Shown in pieces: positions 1 through 21,830 of a stretch of DNA of 64,000 nt (its first letter is position 1; each line of letters starts with the position of its first letter). The notes beneath the pieces were generated by a model. That model was not told where the DNA came from. It did no database searches and saw only the letters and a program-made list of their open reading frames with translations. Source of the DNA: Amoebidium appalachense (Eukaryota > Protista > Ichthyosporea); the NCBI GenBank assembly GCA_963693365.1, contig CAVNZM010000001.1, positions 11,186,161 through 11,250,160 on the forward strand. Direction: 5' to 3'. The position numbers were made by a program, and so were the translations under genes.

Positions 1-284
1 TGAAAACGAACAGGGTAAGCAAAAGAAAACAGAACATAACACACTCTCATGTATACACAAAAAGACAAGGCCCGCACAGTTTTCCCCCCTCTCCATTTAC
101 CTTCCCTTCCCCTCCAGCCACACACACACATGAAAAAAAGCGCACACGTACATACAATCTCGCAATGAACCACCACCCATCCACTCATTCAACATTTGTC
201 TCCCTTCCCCTTCTGCTATACCAAGCAACTCAATGTACAGTTAACTGCTCACCCATCCATCCCCCTCCCCACACACACACGCGC

Positions 285-322
<38 letters not shown>

Positions 323-378
323 ATAAAGCACACAACACACACACACACACCCCTTCGCGTTCAACCACGAACACCAAC

Positions 379-7306
<6,928 letters not shown>

Positions 7307-7692
7307 TCTTCCGTCGTCTGATGGCTGATTCCTTTGTGAATTTTTGTAAAACAAAGAGCTCACACTAAAATCTTACTGTTTTCAACTGAAGATAAAGAAG
7401 AACAAGTATTGAAAAATTAGTCTGAAATCCCCACGATCAATTAAATCCTTTCAAAAATCCCTTAGTGTAAAATCAAGTGCTTAACTTTTGACTCTTATTT
7501 TGCGCTTATTCCACCACCGTATTCTTCTCTTCAAAAGGTTCTCAAAAATGTCAAAACAGAGTATACATCGTCAGAAAATAGCGAGCAAAGTAGACCATTC
7601 GTCCTTCAAAAATAAGCTGCGTTTTCTAGTTTTCGTTTTGCGTTTTCAAGTTTTCGTTTTGCATCAAGCGGTTGAATGACGTCCGCGGCAAG

Positions 7693-7794
7693 TTGGCGCC
7701 AATTTCAAACACGACACAGTCAGGGTATGCTGCCGACACGTCATAGGCTGGCCTACTGAAATGGCGGGAAAGTAATGCGGTACAATGTACGCGT
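7693..7794. promoter_or_regulatory. Putative cell-cycle promoter elements upstream of RPA1 (E2F-like sites, CHR-like and MCB-like motifs)
   Basis: TTGGCGCCAA palindrome 7693-7702 followed by TTTCAAA (7703-7709); TGGCGGGAAA 7762-7771 (TTTCCCGCCA on minus); ACGCGT 7789-7794. All lie about 390-490 bp upstream of the RPA1 ATG. Motif match only. Confidence 0.5.
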
Positions 7795-7999
7795 GAATCC
7801 AGTGAGAACTTATATTTTTAAAAGTAAACCCTCTACTCGACGGGTAACAAATGTTTTCCATTGGCGCAGAAGACTAATGACAATCAAATGTTACAAGTCG
7901 TGCCGGTCATGGCGCCACGGCTGCCATTCAACCGGTTGGCGGTCGAGCGGGGGGGTAGGGGGGGGGGGGTTGACCATACCTCTCCTATCCATAGATCTA

Positions 8000-8044
<45 letters not shown>

Positions 8045-9085
8045 CCTGCTGCAGTAATGAACGCTCTCAAAATCAGGTAGCTGAACAGCATTCACTTGTG
8101 AAGCTGGGATGTACTGGTTGAATTCGGCATAATGATTATCAAGTTCACCAACACTGTGCCATGCGCGTCCGTCATTAACTTGCATAGAGTTCGGATGACG
8201 CGTACGGTCCTGATCTAGATCTCAGCATGGAATGGGTCGATGTTGGCCACCCACGGCTACCTTCAGCAGAAATAGCCTAATTGCATAGGCACCGAGGTAT
8301 ACATATATACCAACACGAAACTGCAATCGTAGACTTCATGTACAGCTTCGCGGGGGTCAACGGGCCATCACAACGTTTTTCGCCTGCCTTGAAGAGCCGC
8401 TTGAAGCACTATGTAGTGCATAGAACAGATCATATTATCCGTAACCTTTGCGGTACGCTTCCTGCTATTATCATACACATACAGACAACAATGGCACACA
8501 GTCTTGCATGATGCCCAAATTGATCATTGCATCACGCCCTGTGTTCTTATTGAGAACAATTGTGCCACCAACATGGTGTGATACGTATACAGCCTATCTG
8601 TTTTCTTAGAAATATCTCAGCAGTTCATCGTACGTATACATATGCATCTAACAGAAGCATCATAGCAGATATAAGCATAAACATTGTACTACATAGTAAA
8701 GCATGAACACGGACATCAAAATTCTACTCCCCCCCCCCCCCCCCCCCCCCCCCACCACCACCACCACCCCCACCACCACCACCACCACCACCACCAACAC
8801 ACACACACACACACATTCTGTCCACCCACTCAATAAATAATAATGACAAAAGAAGACAAAATCAAAAAAGCAATAGCCGCAATCAGCAGGGTTATTAGAC
8901 CAGCTTCGAATTCCATGGTTGCTGCATATGGTAATGAGTGCCATAGTTTCATTGGTTGAGAGTCACACCGTCACCATACATCACCCAAACGATCACTCCA
9001 GCATTTTTGTGTGAGAGTGCTTGACGTTAGTAAGGAATCCGGTTGGTGGTGTGGGGGGGGGGGGGGGTGGTGGCGGGTTGGGGGT

Positions 9086-9120
<35 letters not shown>

Positions 9121-9519
9121 TGGATTGGAGGGTGGAAACAAGGCCTCAGAGACATTAAACTGTGACAAATAACCAAAAAAAAAAAAGCAAGCCGCACCAA
9201 AACGAAGGGCACCAGTTCGAATGGCACTTGAACACTGCCCATCATCACTCAGGGCTTTTTTTTGTTTTCTTTTCTTCTTTCTTCCCCCCCCCCCCCCCCC
9301 CCCTCCCCCCTCCCCCCTCTCCCTCCCTCCCACCCTGCCTCACCCATCCCACCCACACACCACACAATATTTTTTCTTTTCTCTCTCTACGTCTCTCCCT
9401 CAGGCTCTCACCTGTTATTCTTTTTTTTTCCCCGTGCTTCTAAATCACGCGGTTTTGTTTCCCCACTCCATCCTCTTTCAATCATAGTCTATTGGGGTAT
9501 TCGAAAGGCGAGGGGGGGT

Positions 9520-9553
<34 letters not shown>

Positions 9554-9599
9554 GGACGGGAGGTGTAGGGGGGAAAGGGGGACTGGAGTGTTACCAGCG

Positions 9600-9626
9600 C
9601 ACATGCACACACAAATGCACACACGG

Positions 9627-9716
<90 letters not shown>

Positions 9717-9737
9717 ACATACACACACGTACACACA

Positions 9738-9777
<40 letters not shown>

Positions 9778-10039
9778 ATATACACACACATACACACACA
9801 CTCACACACACACACACCCCCACACACACACACACACCATACACAGACACACAGACACACACACACAGACAGACAGACACACACACACACACACACACAC
9901 ACACCATACACACACACACACACACACTGACACACACACGTGTCACACACACACACACCATACACACACACGCACACACACACACGCACACACACACACA
10001 CAGACACACCATACACACACACACAGACACACACACGTG

Positions 10040-10105
<66 letters not shown>

Positions 10106-10148
10106 ACACATACACACACACGTGACACACACACACACACCCCCTTTT

Positions 10149-10182
<34 letters not shown>

Positions 10183-10240
10183 ACACACACACACACACAC
10201 CCTTTTGACACGTGCACACACACACACACACACACTGACA

Positions 10241-10295
<55 letters not shown>

Positions 10296-10312
10296 TGTGA
10301 CACACACACACA
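9600..10312. repeat. Long compound (CA)n microsatellite with duplicated interruptions
   Basis: ~700 bp of CA repeat with recurring cacgtgtcac and cccttttgacac interruptions. Confidence 0.95.
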
Positions 10313-11718
10313 TGCTTCCTCGGAGTCCCCCCCCCCACCCTCCCTCCCCCCCCTCCCTCCCGCCCCTTTTCCCAATGCAGATCCCGGCCGGCTGTTGTAA
10401 AGGGGATGAGTGTCGACCCCTTCCCTGGGTAGCGAGCTTTGACTCGGAAGTGTAACTTCACCATATATGATGTCGCATGGTGGGATCATAAGTGTTGCTT
10501 GTTGCGTGCAGACAGACAGCATTGACAGTGTGTGAATATTTTTGATAATATTTTTTTGTCAGAACACCATATAGGCTATATGTATGTACTCTGCAACATT
10601 ACTTTGTGACATTGGAAAAAAAAAAGAAAAAAAAAAAGGCAAGAAGAAGCCAGCAAGCGATTGGTAAGATGTGTGTTTATTATTTGTCTCGTGAACCATA
10701 AAACAAAGTATGCCTGAGTCAATGTACTCAGCAATGTGTTTTATCTTACGTCGGACCCATCGGATGATCTCGATTAGAACCTAGGGGCCGCGCGGACTCA
10801 CGCCGCGTGATATAAACGGTTCGTAATTGTCTCCACCAAGGAGTTTTCTTAAACAATTATGGCCAGGAATTCGAAGCATGTGTGACCCAGGCCCCATGAC
10901 CAGATTTAAAAGAATTAAAAAGCCTGATGAAACTTGACGGGACCAGTCATCGTACGCGTTAGGGCGTTTTGCATCAGTCGAGAGTTTTCTCTTGACAGCG
11001 CCGGCTCTTTTCCTTCCCCACAACAAACAACCAACAACAACCACTGGCGCATGCGCACGCGCACACACGTGCAACCGTTGAAAGACGTTCACACACACGC
11101 ACACAAACACACAAGAGAAAAAGAGAGAGAGGGAGGGAGAGGGGAGCGCTCTAGAGGGAGGAGAGAAGCAAGGTGTTCGCTGCCGTCCTGGACAGAGGAA
11201 ACGAAGAAAGTGGGGGGGGGGGGGGGGGGGGGGGAGGGGAGGGGGGGGGGGGGGGGGGGGGGGGGGTAAGATAGCTGGCCAGAGTGACTATACATAGGGG
11301 GAGGGGGAGGGACAAACAGTGAGTGCGACAGACAAACACAGAGTATATACCCTGCACACTGGCGCTACCACCGGCCACGACCGTATACACCGATTTCTCT
11401 CCGTACTTCCCTGATCCCACTGAGCCCGATTTATCCATCTCGGTTTTCACCCGGTTGACATAGTATAGCTACTGAGTCGGACGTACATGCGGCCCTCAGA
11501 AGTCGAACATGTGGCACGTACGTGATTGTGCATCACATGTAATCGGGCCTTGTGCATCGATAAATGGCCTTGCATGAGCACATGCAGACTCGAGCAATAT
11601 GTGTGTGAACACAACGCACAAACACGCACACACAGACACACATGTAATGACACCCACACACCCACACACAAACACACACACACACACACACACATGCAGT
11701 GCACACCCACACACACAT

Positions 11719-11752
<34 letters not shown>

Positions 11753-12692
11753 ACATACACACAAACACACACATTTACACCCGGGTACAGACACACAGGT
11801 GCGCACACAAATCACACATGCACAGGAATAGAAATGCATACAGCAGGCACACCGTAACATACTTAATAGCCACATAGACAACACAGCCCGCATTAAGGCA
11901 CACAATACAAACATTCAGTTACACCTACATCTCTGTCATCCAACCACATATGCAAAAGTCGTAATCTGCACGTTACATCTTATCATGACATCATACACAA
12001 ACGACCAGCGTTCAATCTTTCCGTCACGGAGAACGAGTGTTCTCAAGGAAATTTTCATGTCAATAAACATGCGAAAAAAAACTAAGGAAGCAGTGTTATA
12101 GTAGTCGTTTTAAATCTATAAGACTTGGTGCATGGTCTTAGCTTAGTAATACCATTTTAGTTCGTGCAACAAACATATGAACCAGGGAAAGCTTACAGCG
12201 TCATGTGTGTACAACACCATGTATGTATGGATGTATGCCATGTAAATACGGGGCAGAGATACAATTCACAGTGTTCAAATCAGCCGTAAGATTTTCAGTA
12301 TTCAAAAAGTACGACAGACTATTGTTTAGATATACGAATAGTCAACCTCAAACATCATAAACCCAAACAAGAAACACGAATGATATACCCCCTAATAATC
12401 AACACAGGTAAATCTCCCCTAAAACTCCCCCCCCCCCCCCCCCCCCCCCTCTCCCCTACTCAACCACCTCACCCCCACCGGGGTCCCTCACCACACCCCC
12501 CTTCACCCATCAAGGGCTCCACATCTTCGCACAAAAAATAAGCACGTAAACCACCACACTCACACACACAACTTCACACACACATACAGACAATATACAC
12601 GAGACACACACAACACACACACACACACAAAACCTCCCCCCCTCCCCCTCCCCCCCCCCTTCCCCCCGCACGCAGACACACACATACACAGG

Positions 12693-15249
<2,557 letters not shown>

Positions 15250-15405
15250 TTTGACCTGCCTTCTTCACGTTATGTTTGGTGCACGAGCAGCCTGTGGTCA
15301 CTGAACCCACGGCCATCTAGAAACACTGAAACAACCTGAGATTCCTGGGCGACATAACCATATGTGGTAATAGTTTGAGCTATTTCATTAGTAGAAAGTT
15401 TTCCT

Positions 15406-15458
15406 AGGCGGGAACGTCACTGATTGGCTAAGGGGCCCCCCGGTCTAAATTACGTCAC
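15406..15458. promoter_or_regulatory. Putative promoter cluster (GGCGGGAA, two ACGTCA/CRE-like half sites, CCAAT box) upstream of the gene starting at 15249
   Basis: taggcgggaacgtcactgattggcta ... tacgtcacc, about 160-210 bp upstream of the ATG at 15249. ATTGG reads CCAAT on the gene's strand. Confidence 0.4.
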
Positions 15459-15859
15459 CGCCGGAAGCACAGTCTGCAGGCCTAGGGCCGCGGCTCCTTC
15501 AAGGCGGCCTGGCGAGACTTTTCTTGTTTCAATGCTGGGGCCGATTGATGCCACACAACCTTGGCTTTCTAACTCTGTTTAGCCACGTGTCAGGCTTGGA
15601 GAATAGGTTATAAATGCCTGATAAGAGTAGTGTGTGTGGCTGCCAGTCTGACTGAGCCACGGGCAGGGAAGGCACTGTGCCAGTGGATGAGGTACCCAAA
15701 GATGCTTCTGAGTAGCCACATGCAAAGTGGGCGGCTGATTTTATTTACGTCCAAATGAGGATTTTTGAACCGGGGGGGAGGAAGACAGAGGGGGTGGGGA
15801 GGAGAGGGGGAGGGGGGGGGTAGTAGGAAGCATAACAACCCACTTACCCCCCTTTCCCC

Positions 15860-15896
<37 letters not shown>

Positions 15897-16197
15897 CACC
15901 AAACCCTCCCAGCCCCAGAGTTGGGCGGGCTGCCTGCGTGGTTGGGCAACGTTTTCATTAACTTCCTCACTTTGCACAGCCAACCATTTTGTTCCCCGGT
16001 CTCCCCTACTTCACCCATCATCCAGTGGTCGTGGTCCTCTCCCGCTCTCCAGCAGCTGGTACATATTTTGTAGCCGGTGCGCCGCTCCGGACCTCCCTTC
16101 TCCCGACTCACCAACTCTTTCTGTACAACATTTGTGACTCCGAATAAAGTATATCAACTTCTTCGTGGAAACTTTCTAATGCTTAGGGTGTGTGTGT

Positions 16198-16234
<37 letters not shown>

Positions 16235-16239
16235 CGCGC

Positions 16240-16291
<52 letters not shown>

Positions 16292-16297
16292 ACCTGT

Positions 16298-16357
<60 letters not shown>

Positions 16358-16690
16358 CACACACGTGTGTGTGTATTTGCGTGTGTGCTTGCGTGTGTAC
16401 GTGCGTGTGTGCGCGCGTGTGTGTGCACCTGGGTGTGTGCGTGTGTGTGTTGGTGTGTGTAATCGCCCCGGGTGAGGTTGTGTGCGTGCATTATCAGTAT
16501 ACACGTAGGCGTCGTGCAGTGCGGTCTTATTCTCGGTGTTGTATCTATGTGTGTTCGCGCGCACGCCTCTCCGGCCCTAGCCTGAGAATCCCCACCTACA
16601 AACCTCTTTTGCATAACATACCTTAGATGTCTTACCGAGTAAAGGTGACATGCTATAAGGCCTGTTGATGGCCAATACACACACACGCTC

Positions 16691-16750
<60 letters not shown>

Positions 16751-16843
16751 CACACAATGATACATATAGTATATATTTATATATATCACACATAGTATAT
16801 TATATATTCACTCACATGAGATATGATATCATGAGTCTATATA

Positions 16844-16929
<86 letters not shown>

Positions 16930-16934
16930 CATAT

Positions 16935-17153
16935 TAATAACAGGGCTCCGGTCTGGCACCTTGGAGGTGTTCCCGGCCCCACTAGATATGCGGGGCCTTC
17001 ACGGGGGGGGGGGGGGGGGGGGGGGAGGGGGGGCAGGAGGAGGAGGGATGGTACATATGCTATATATATATATATATATATCATAGTAATAACAGGGCTC
17101 CGGTCTGGCACCTTGGAGATGTTCCCGGCCCCACTAGATGTGCCGGGCCTTCA

Positions 17154-17196
<43 letters not shown>

Positions 17197-17214
17197 GGAG
17201 GAGGAGGGATGGTA
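16935..17214. repeat. Tandem direct duplication of a ~120 bp unit
   Basis: taataacagggctccggtctggcaccttggag[g/a]tgttcccggccccactagat[a/g]tgc[g/c]gggccttcac(G)n..gaggaggagggatggta at 16935-17052 and 17087-17214, separated by a (TA)n spacer; 3 substitutions in the non-homopolymer core. Confidence 0.9.
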
Positions 17215-19296
17215 TGCGACGAGGCGTTCATGATCACTCAGGCTGGAGACGCACGAGCACCGTAACACGTGAGTTCACCCTCATACCACCTCTACGAGCT
17301 ATACATAGCTATAGGGCATGCACTGCCCATGCAGTTCGATATACTTACTAAGGCGTGCCCAATGCTCTGACAGTCACAGGTTTGGTGCATGAGAGGCCTA
17401 GGATGCGCCAGTTTCCTGTGTACGCCCAAGTTGTGTGCAGTGCTTTTATTTTTATGCTGCGATGTAATCACTGTGAGGTGAAATTAAATTCCGTGTTTCA
17501 AGAATACTAAGTCTTGGGAATTCAAGTTGAGGCTCCAAATTAAACTCAAAAAATGTTCAGAAGAAGACCATGAGCCATGGTGATCACGACATGGCATCCA
17601 GTAAATCATTGCGACACTAATAAAGGCACTGCTGCAGCAACCCTAACCCCCCCCCCCCTCCCCCAACAGAAAAAAAAAAACATAATACCCGAGGCTCCCT
17701 CCCCCCCCCCCCCCCTCTCTCCCCCCACCCCCCCCCCCCCCTCTCCCCCTCCAGAAAAAAAAACCTACAAAAAGATCCTTTCTATCCCATCATACGCTTC
17801 CACTTGCGCACAGACACTGTGTGATTGCCGCACACACACACACTTGCCTCCAACGAACTTAACCCAGGCTGAAAAAAACAAACCCATGAGCTTTTATGGC
17901 CGGGCAAGCGAAAAGGTGGGCCCAACTCGGGTGGGGAGGAAAAGTGAAGAGGGGGCGGGGAGGGGGACTGGATCCGGAGGGGTAAGGGGGTGAGCTTGAC
18001 GGGAAGGGGGGAGAGCGGGGAGAGGGAGGGGGGGGGGGGGGAGGGGGGGAAGGGGGGAAGGTGGAGGAGGGGGGGGGGGGGGAGAGGAGTAGGGGGGGAA
18101 AAAGAGCTTGACCCGGGTCCATAATTAAAAGGCTTTAAACCTTGGATGTGGTTCGTACGTTACAATGCACACTGTGGCGTGAGTGGTGATTGTCTTAATG
18201 TGCGGATACGTCACGTTAATTGTTATTAAAGCGAATCATGCATGTGCATAGATTCTGCATGTGGCAGTGTGTCTCCGCTTTTGTGGTACCGACTTTCCTT
18301 TTTTGTGCGCGTGTGTGAGAGGGGAGGAGGGGGAGAAGAGTAAGTGGGGAGGGGAGGGGGGGTGGGGAGGGAGGGAGGCATACCGAAGGCCGGAGAGTCA
18401 GGTGTAATGCATCCTGTAAATATGCGGCAACTGTTTGTGTGTCAGATGCATTCACGAGCGTGCTGACCTTAAGTTTCAGTCTCTGTGCATTAAGAAGGAC
18501 ATGTGTGTGCTTGCATCAGCTTTTGTGCGTCATTGACAAGGTGGTGTGAGTGAGTGTGCACTGACACACTGTGTACCAGGTCCCTTACTAGTCCCAGTTT
18601 TTGAGGTGCCATGGAAAGAGACGTGTTTCAAGTCCAAGCTGGGTGTACGAGCACATCAGCCCTCCTGTCTGAATGATTCAGTAGTTTTACGAGACTTCAC
18701 CGTGGATATTTGTATACACTGCTACATTTAGGCTCGCTATAGTACAAGTCGGGTTCATATGGTGGCTCTTTTTTCTTTGGTATAGTTCATATCTGAGTGT
18801 GTGTGTGTGTGTGTGTACATATGTGTGTATGTGCCGCACATTCGTGTTTGTGCGCGCCTATTTCCGAGAGGAAACGGAAGAAGGCAAAATAAATGACTCA
18901 GCATTTCAGATTTTGAGGCCAAAGAAGGATGAAAATAACTATATGGATACAACCCGTAGTATTTGTTACTCATTATGTAAGGTTTTAATCACCAATTGTT
19001 AAAACGATGTCGACTGCTATGAAGCCTTGCAGTGCAACATCATATCTGAACTAAAGCTTTTGCGGTAGGTGGTCCGGCCAACCCAACCAAATGATATCGC
19101 GTGAAGTAAAAACTACTGTTTGCAATCACATAGGAGCTCAAATAAAAACAATATGTACAGTGGCCCGAAAAGTTATATGTATGTATGTGCCGCACACTAC
19201 ACCAAGTACCCATAGTTCCAACTGAAATTCTATACATAAACCAAATTTCTGACGTCTTTGCAGATGAGCCAAAAACAAACAACGACAGTGAGCATC

Positions 19297-19328
<32 letters not shown>

Positions 19329-19554
19329 CCCCTCGCACACACACACACGTATATATATTAGTGAGCCGCGCAATGCAACCTAGCCATGTTTAACCCAGAT
19401 ATGAAGCAAATCAAATGTGTTCAAAAGGTAAATGTCGCACCGTTCGATCATAACAAACCAACGGTTGCATGGATTAATGATACCAGCAAGGAAATTGTCA
19501 ACCACAATATCTACATGTAAAACATTACCGCCTCCCAATCTAGAAGCAAACGTC

Positions 19555-21255
19555 TTAACCTGCATATGAAAGCCTTCCCCCTCCATAGTCACCCTCGTTA
19601 ATGCTCACATCATTATCCCCGGGACTTTCCAATCTAATCACCAAATCACCATTATCATTCCTATTACCCTGCATAAAGGTCCCCCCTTCAAGAACAAACC
19701 CGGCGCCTCCCAAAAACCCCTGCATGCCCAAGTCATACACAGCACCTTCCCGCTTTGACCTATTTCGGATAAATCTGCCGCCCAGAGTCATACTTGCCCC
19801 CGGATGAAGTTTGTTTGCCGCAATCACACCCCCTCTGTCTGCATGGCACCAATTGTTCCGAAAAATCCCGTTCACACGCACATTCCCTTCGACTGATTGG
19901 ATAGTCATGGCTCCACCACGTGAACCCCACCCACGCTCCACCGACTCGTTATCCGAAAATTCACATCCCGTTATCTCCATATTAGTCCCTCGCAGCACCT
20001 CGAGCGTGTAAAAAGCCCCCCCATCGGGGGCCTTGTTTGCCTGAAATTTGCAATTGGTGATTTGCACAGGGCCCGAAATCGTGCTGATGCCCAAGGCACC
20101 CCCCAAACCGTGTGGAAATTTGTGTTCGTTTTGGGAAAAAATTGAATCCGAAATGGTGGTCGGGCTTCCGTCCAACTGCGCAAAAATCCACACGGCACCG
20201 CTACCACCATACTTCTCACCCTTTGTATCAACAGTGTTGTTGGTGAACGTGCTACTGCGAATATTCACACGTCCGGCATGTGCAAGGAAAATAGCCGCAC
20301 CGCCGTTTGTGGTTGTGTAGAAGTTGGTAAAAGCACAGTTGTCAACATTAAGGTTAACCACCTTCATATGGTCAAAGACCTTGTTCGACATTTCCTTTTC
20401 TGCGTCAATTTCCTCGTTTCGCAAAACGGACACATCCCCTCTCTGTCTGCTGAAGCTGATCCCCTGAATGCTCACATCGATTTGGTTTAGTGCAACACGG
20501 AAAATCGTATGCTGCTTGTCCGTTCCCATATTCGCAACGATGCTAGAAGCATTTCTACCGCACACAACACCCTGAAGCGATATAGAACGGCGAAGGGGGA
20601 TTTCCGCAGTCACAACGACTCTGTTTGCAATCTTCACCGTCTGGGAAGCAGCCATGGCTGCTTGGAGATCGTTTCCGTAACATTTTTTGTCCACGAGTGC
20701 ACCTACACATTCACAATCATTCACCACCTGCCTGAAAGGCTGAGGAACAGGAGCCCCGGTGGTGTTCGTATTATTGGTCATCGCCCCGGTGACATTTCCG
20801 GCCGTTGCTGTAGGGACAGGCAGAGAACCCGAAATGGACGATTGTGTGGCGTTGGGTGGAGTTTGATTAACGAAAGTGCTACTGCCTGTGGTAGCTGACG
20901 GTGCGGGCTGAGTTGGTGCCGCGGAAGGAAACCAAACACTATTGCTAGTGGAGTGCGTGGAAACAGTGGGTGGCGGTGCCCATGTGGTTGTAGGAAGGGG
21001 AACTTTGGGCGGTAATGGGTACACGACATTATTGTTTGCGCTGCTCGCGCCCGAGTTCCAACTGATTTTGGTCGAGGCCTCTTGTTGTGAAAAGTAGCCT
21101 GCTGCCCATAGCGAGATACAAATGATAACTACGAGTGCGACGATTGACCCTACCGCTAAGAGAATGATGTTTCGTTTTTGCCTGTACCAAGGAACTGCCG
21201 CTTTTCCTTCTTTTGGATCATCGACCCGTGCATTTTCCCGTGCCCCATGACTCAT
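19555..21255 (-). CDS. Intronless type II membrane protein: N-terminal TM helix, S/T/P-rich stalk, C-terminal right-handed beta-helix (pectin-lyase-fold/Pmp-like GGA-FxxN repeats)
   Basis: Uninterrupted ORF 19555-21387; the more plausible start is MSHGARENAR at 21255. Basic patch RQKRN precedes the hydrophobic IILLAVGSIVALVVIICISLWAAGYF; then a P/T/S stalk with NxT/S sequons, Cys cluster DCECVG..KKCYG, and repeats FTNFYTTTNGGAAIF, FTNNT..GGSGAVWI, FSQNE..GGALGI, FQANKAPDGGAFY, FSDNE..RGGAMTI, FRNN..RGGVI, FIRNRSKREGAVY. Confidence 0.88.
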   Translation of the reverse strand: MSHGARENARVDDPKEGKAAVPWYRQKRNIILLAVGSIVALVVIICISLWAAGYFSQQEASTKISWNSGASSANNNVVYPLPPKVPLPTTTWAPPPTVSTHSTSNSVWFPSAAPTQPAPSATTGSSTFVNQTPPNATQSSISGSLPVPTATAGNVTGAMTNNTNTTGAPVPQPFRQVVNDCECVGALVDKKCYGNDLQAAMAASQTVKIANRVVVTAEIPLRRSISLQGVVCGRNASSIVANMGTDKQHTIFRVALNQIDVSIQGISFSRQRGDVSVLRNEEIDAEKEMSNKVFDHMKVVNLNVDNCAFTNFYTTTNGGAAIFLAHAGRVNIRSSTFTNNTVDTKGEKYGGSGAVWIFAQLDGSPTTISDSIFSQNEHKFPHGLGGALGISTISGPVQITNCKFQANKAPDGGAFYTLEVLRGTNMEITGCEFSDNESVERGWGSRGGAMTIQSVEGNVRVNGIFRNNWCHADRGGVIAANKLHPGASMTLGGRFIRNRSKREGAVYDLGMQGFLGGAGFVLEGGTFMQGNRNDNGDLVIRLESPGDNDVSINEGDYGGGRLSYAG

Positions 21256-21464
21256 GTTTCCCTCGGGTGCCCGGCTAAGGGACGTAACTAGCTTGAACAA
21301 GCAAGAATATAGACTATCTACCTTAGCTTTCAGTTGAAATGGGGGTTTGTGCAGTTCTAACCTACCCTCAGTGCACCGCATGTACAATTGTGGGCAAAAG
21401 AGAACTTGTGGGAGCTCCGTGAGGGCGATAAAAAAGTGACCAAAAATAGAATGTGAGCCAACTA

Positions 21465-21540
21465 TGCATCCGATTGGTGGAATGCCCGAAAATATAAAGC
21501 GATCCGATTGGTCTACTATTTTAGATACACATGATTGGCT
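21465..21540 (-). promoter_or_regulatory. Three clustered CCAAT boxes upstream of the beta-helix gene
   Basis: atccgattggt occurs twice (~21468 and ~21502) and atgattggct at 21531; all read CCAAT on the gene's strand, about 215-285 bp upstream of ATG 21255. Confidence 0.5.
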
Positions 21541-21632
21541 ATACGGGGAAATTCACGGATCCCTCAACACTTCTTAGTGGGGGGGTGATTGTATATCCGT
21601 ATCTGCGCTCCCGGGAATTTGAGACCCCGTTT

Positions 21633-21830
21633 TCGTATGTGTGTAACAGTATGTAACTAGTAAATACCAAAAATGAAGTATCATTATACCGCAATCTCAT
21701 TTAGAGGTGTAGATTTTCGATTTTTCCTATATGTAAGGCAAGTTGCAGTCTATGTCTGTAACGGAATTTCCCTTGTCCAAAATCCCGAAACTGAAAAAAT
21801 GTAAAAAACTTCTCTGTCACACACATACGA
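21633..21830. repeat. Inverted repeat pair, possible degenerate MITE/foldback remnant
   Basis: tcgtatgtgtgtaacag (~21633-21649) vs ctgtcacacacatacga (~21814-21830), 16/17 reverse-complement identity; weaker outer similarity gggggtgattgtatatcc / ggatccaatttacctcc. No TSD identified. Confidence 0.4.

Noticed and set aside
21256-21387. Upstream extension of the 610-aa ORF (MYMRCTEG..)
   Set aside because: It begins at a TTG and does not look protein-like; the ATG at 21255 gives a sensible type II membrane topology. Not proven.
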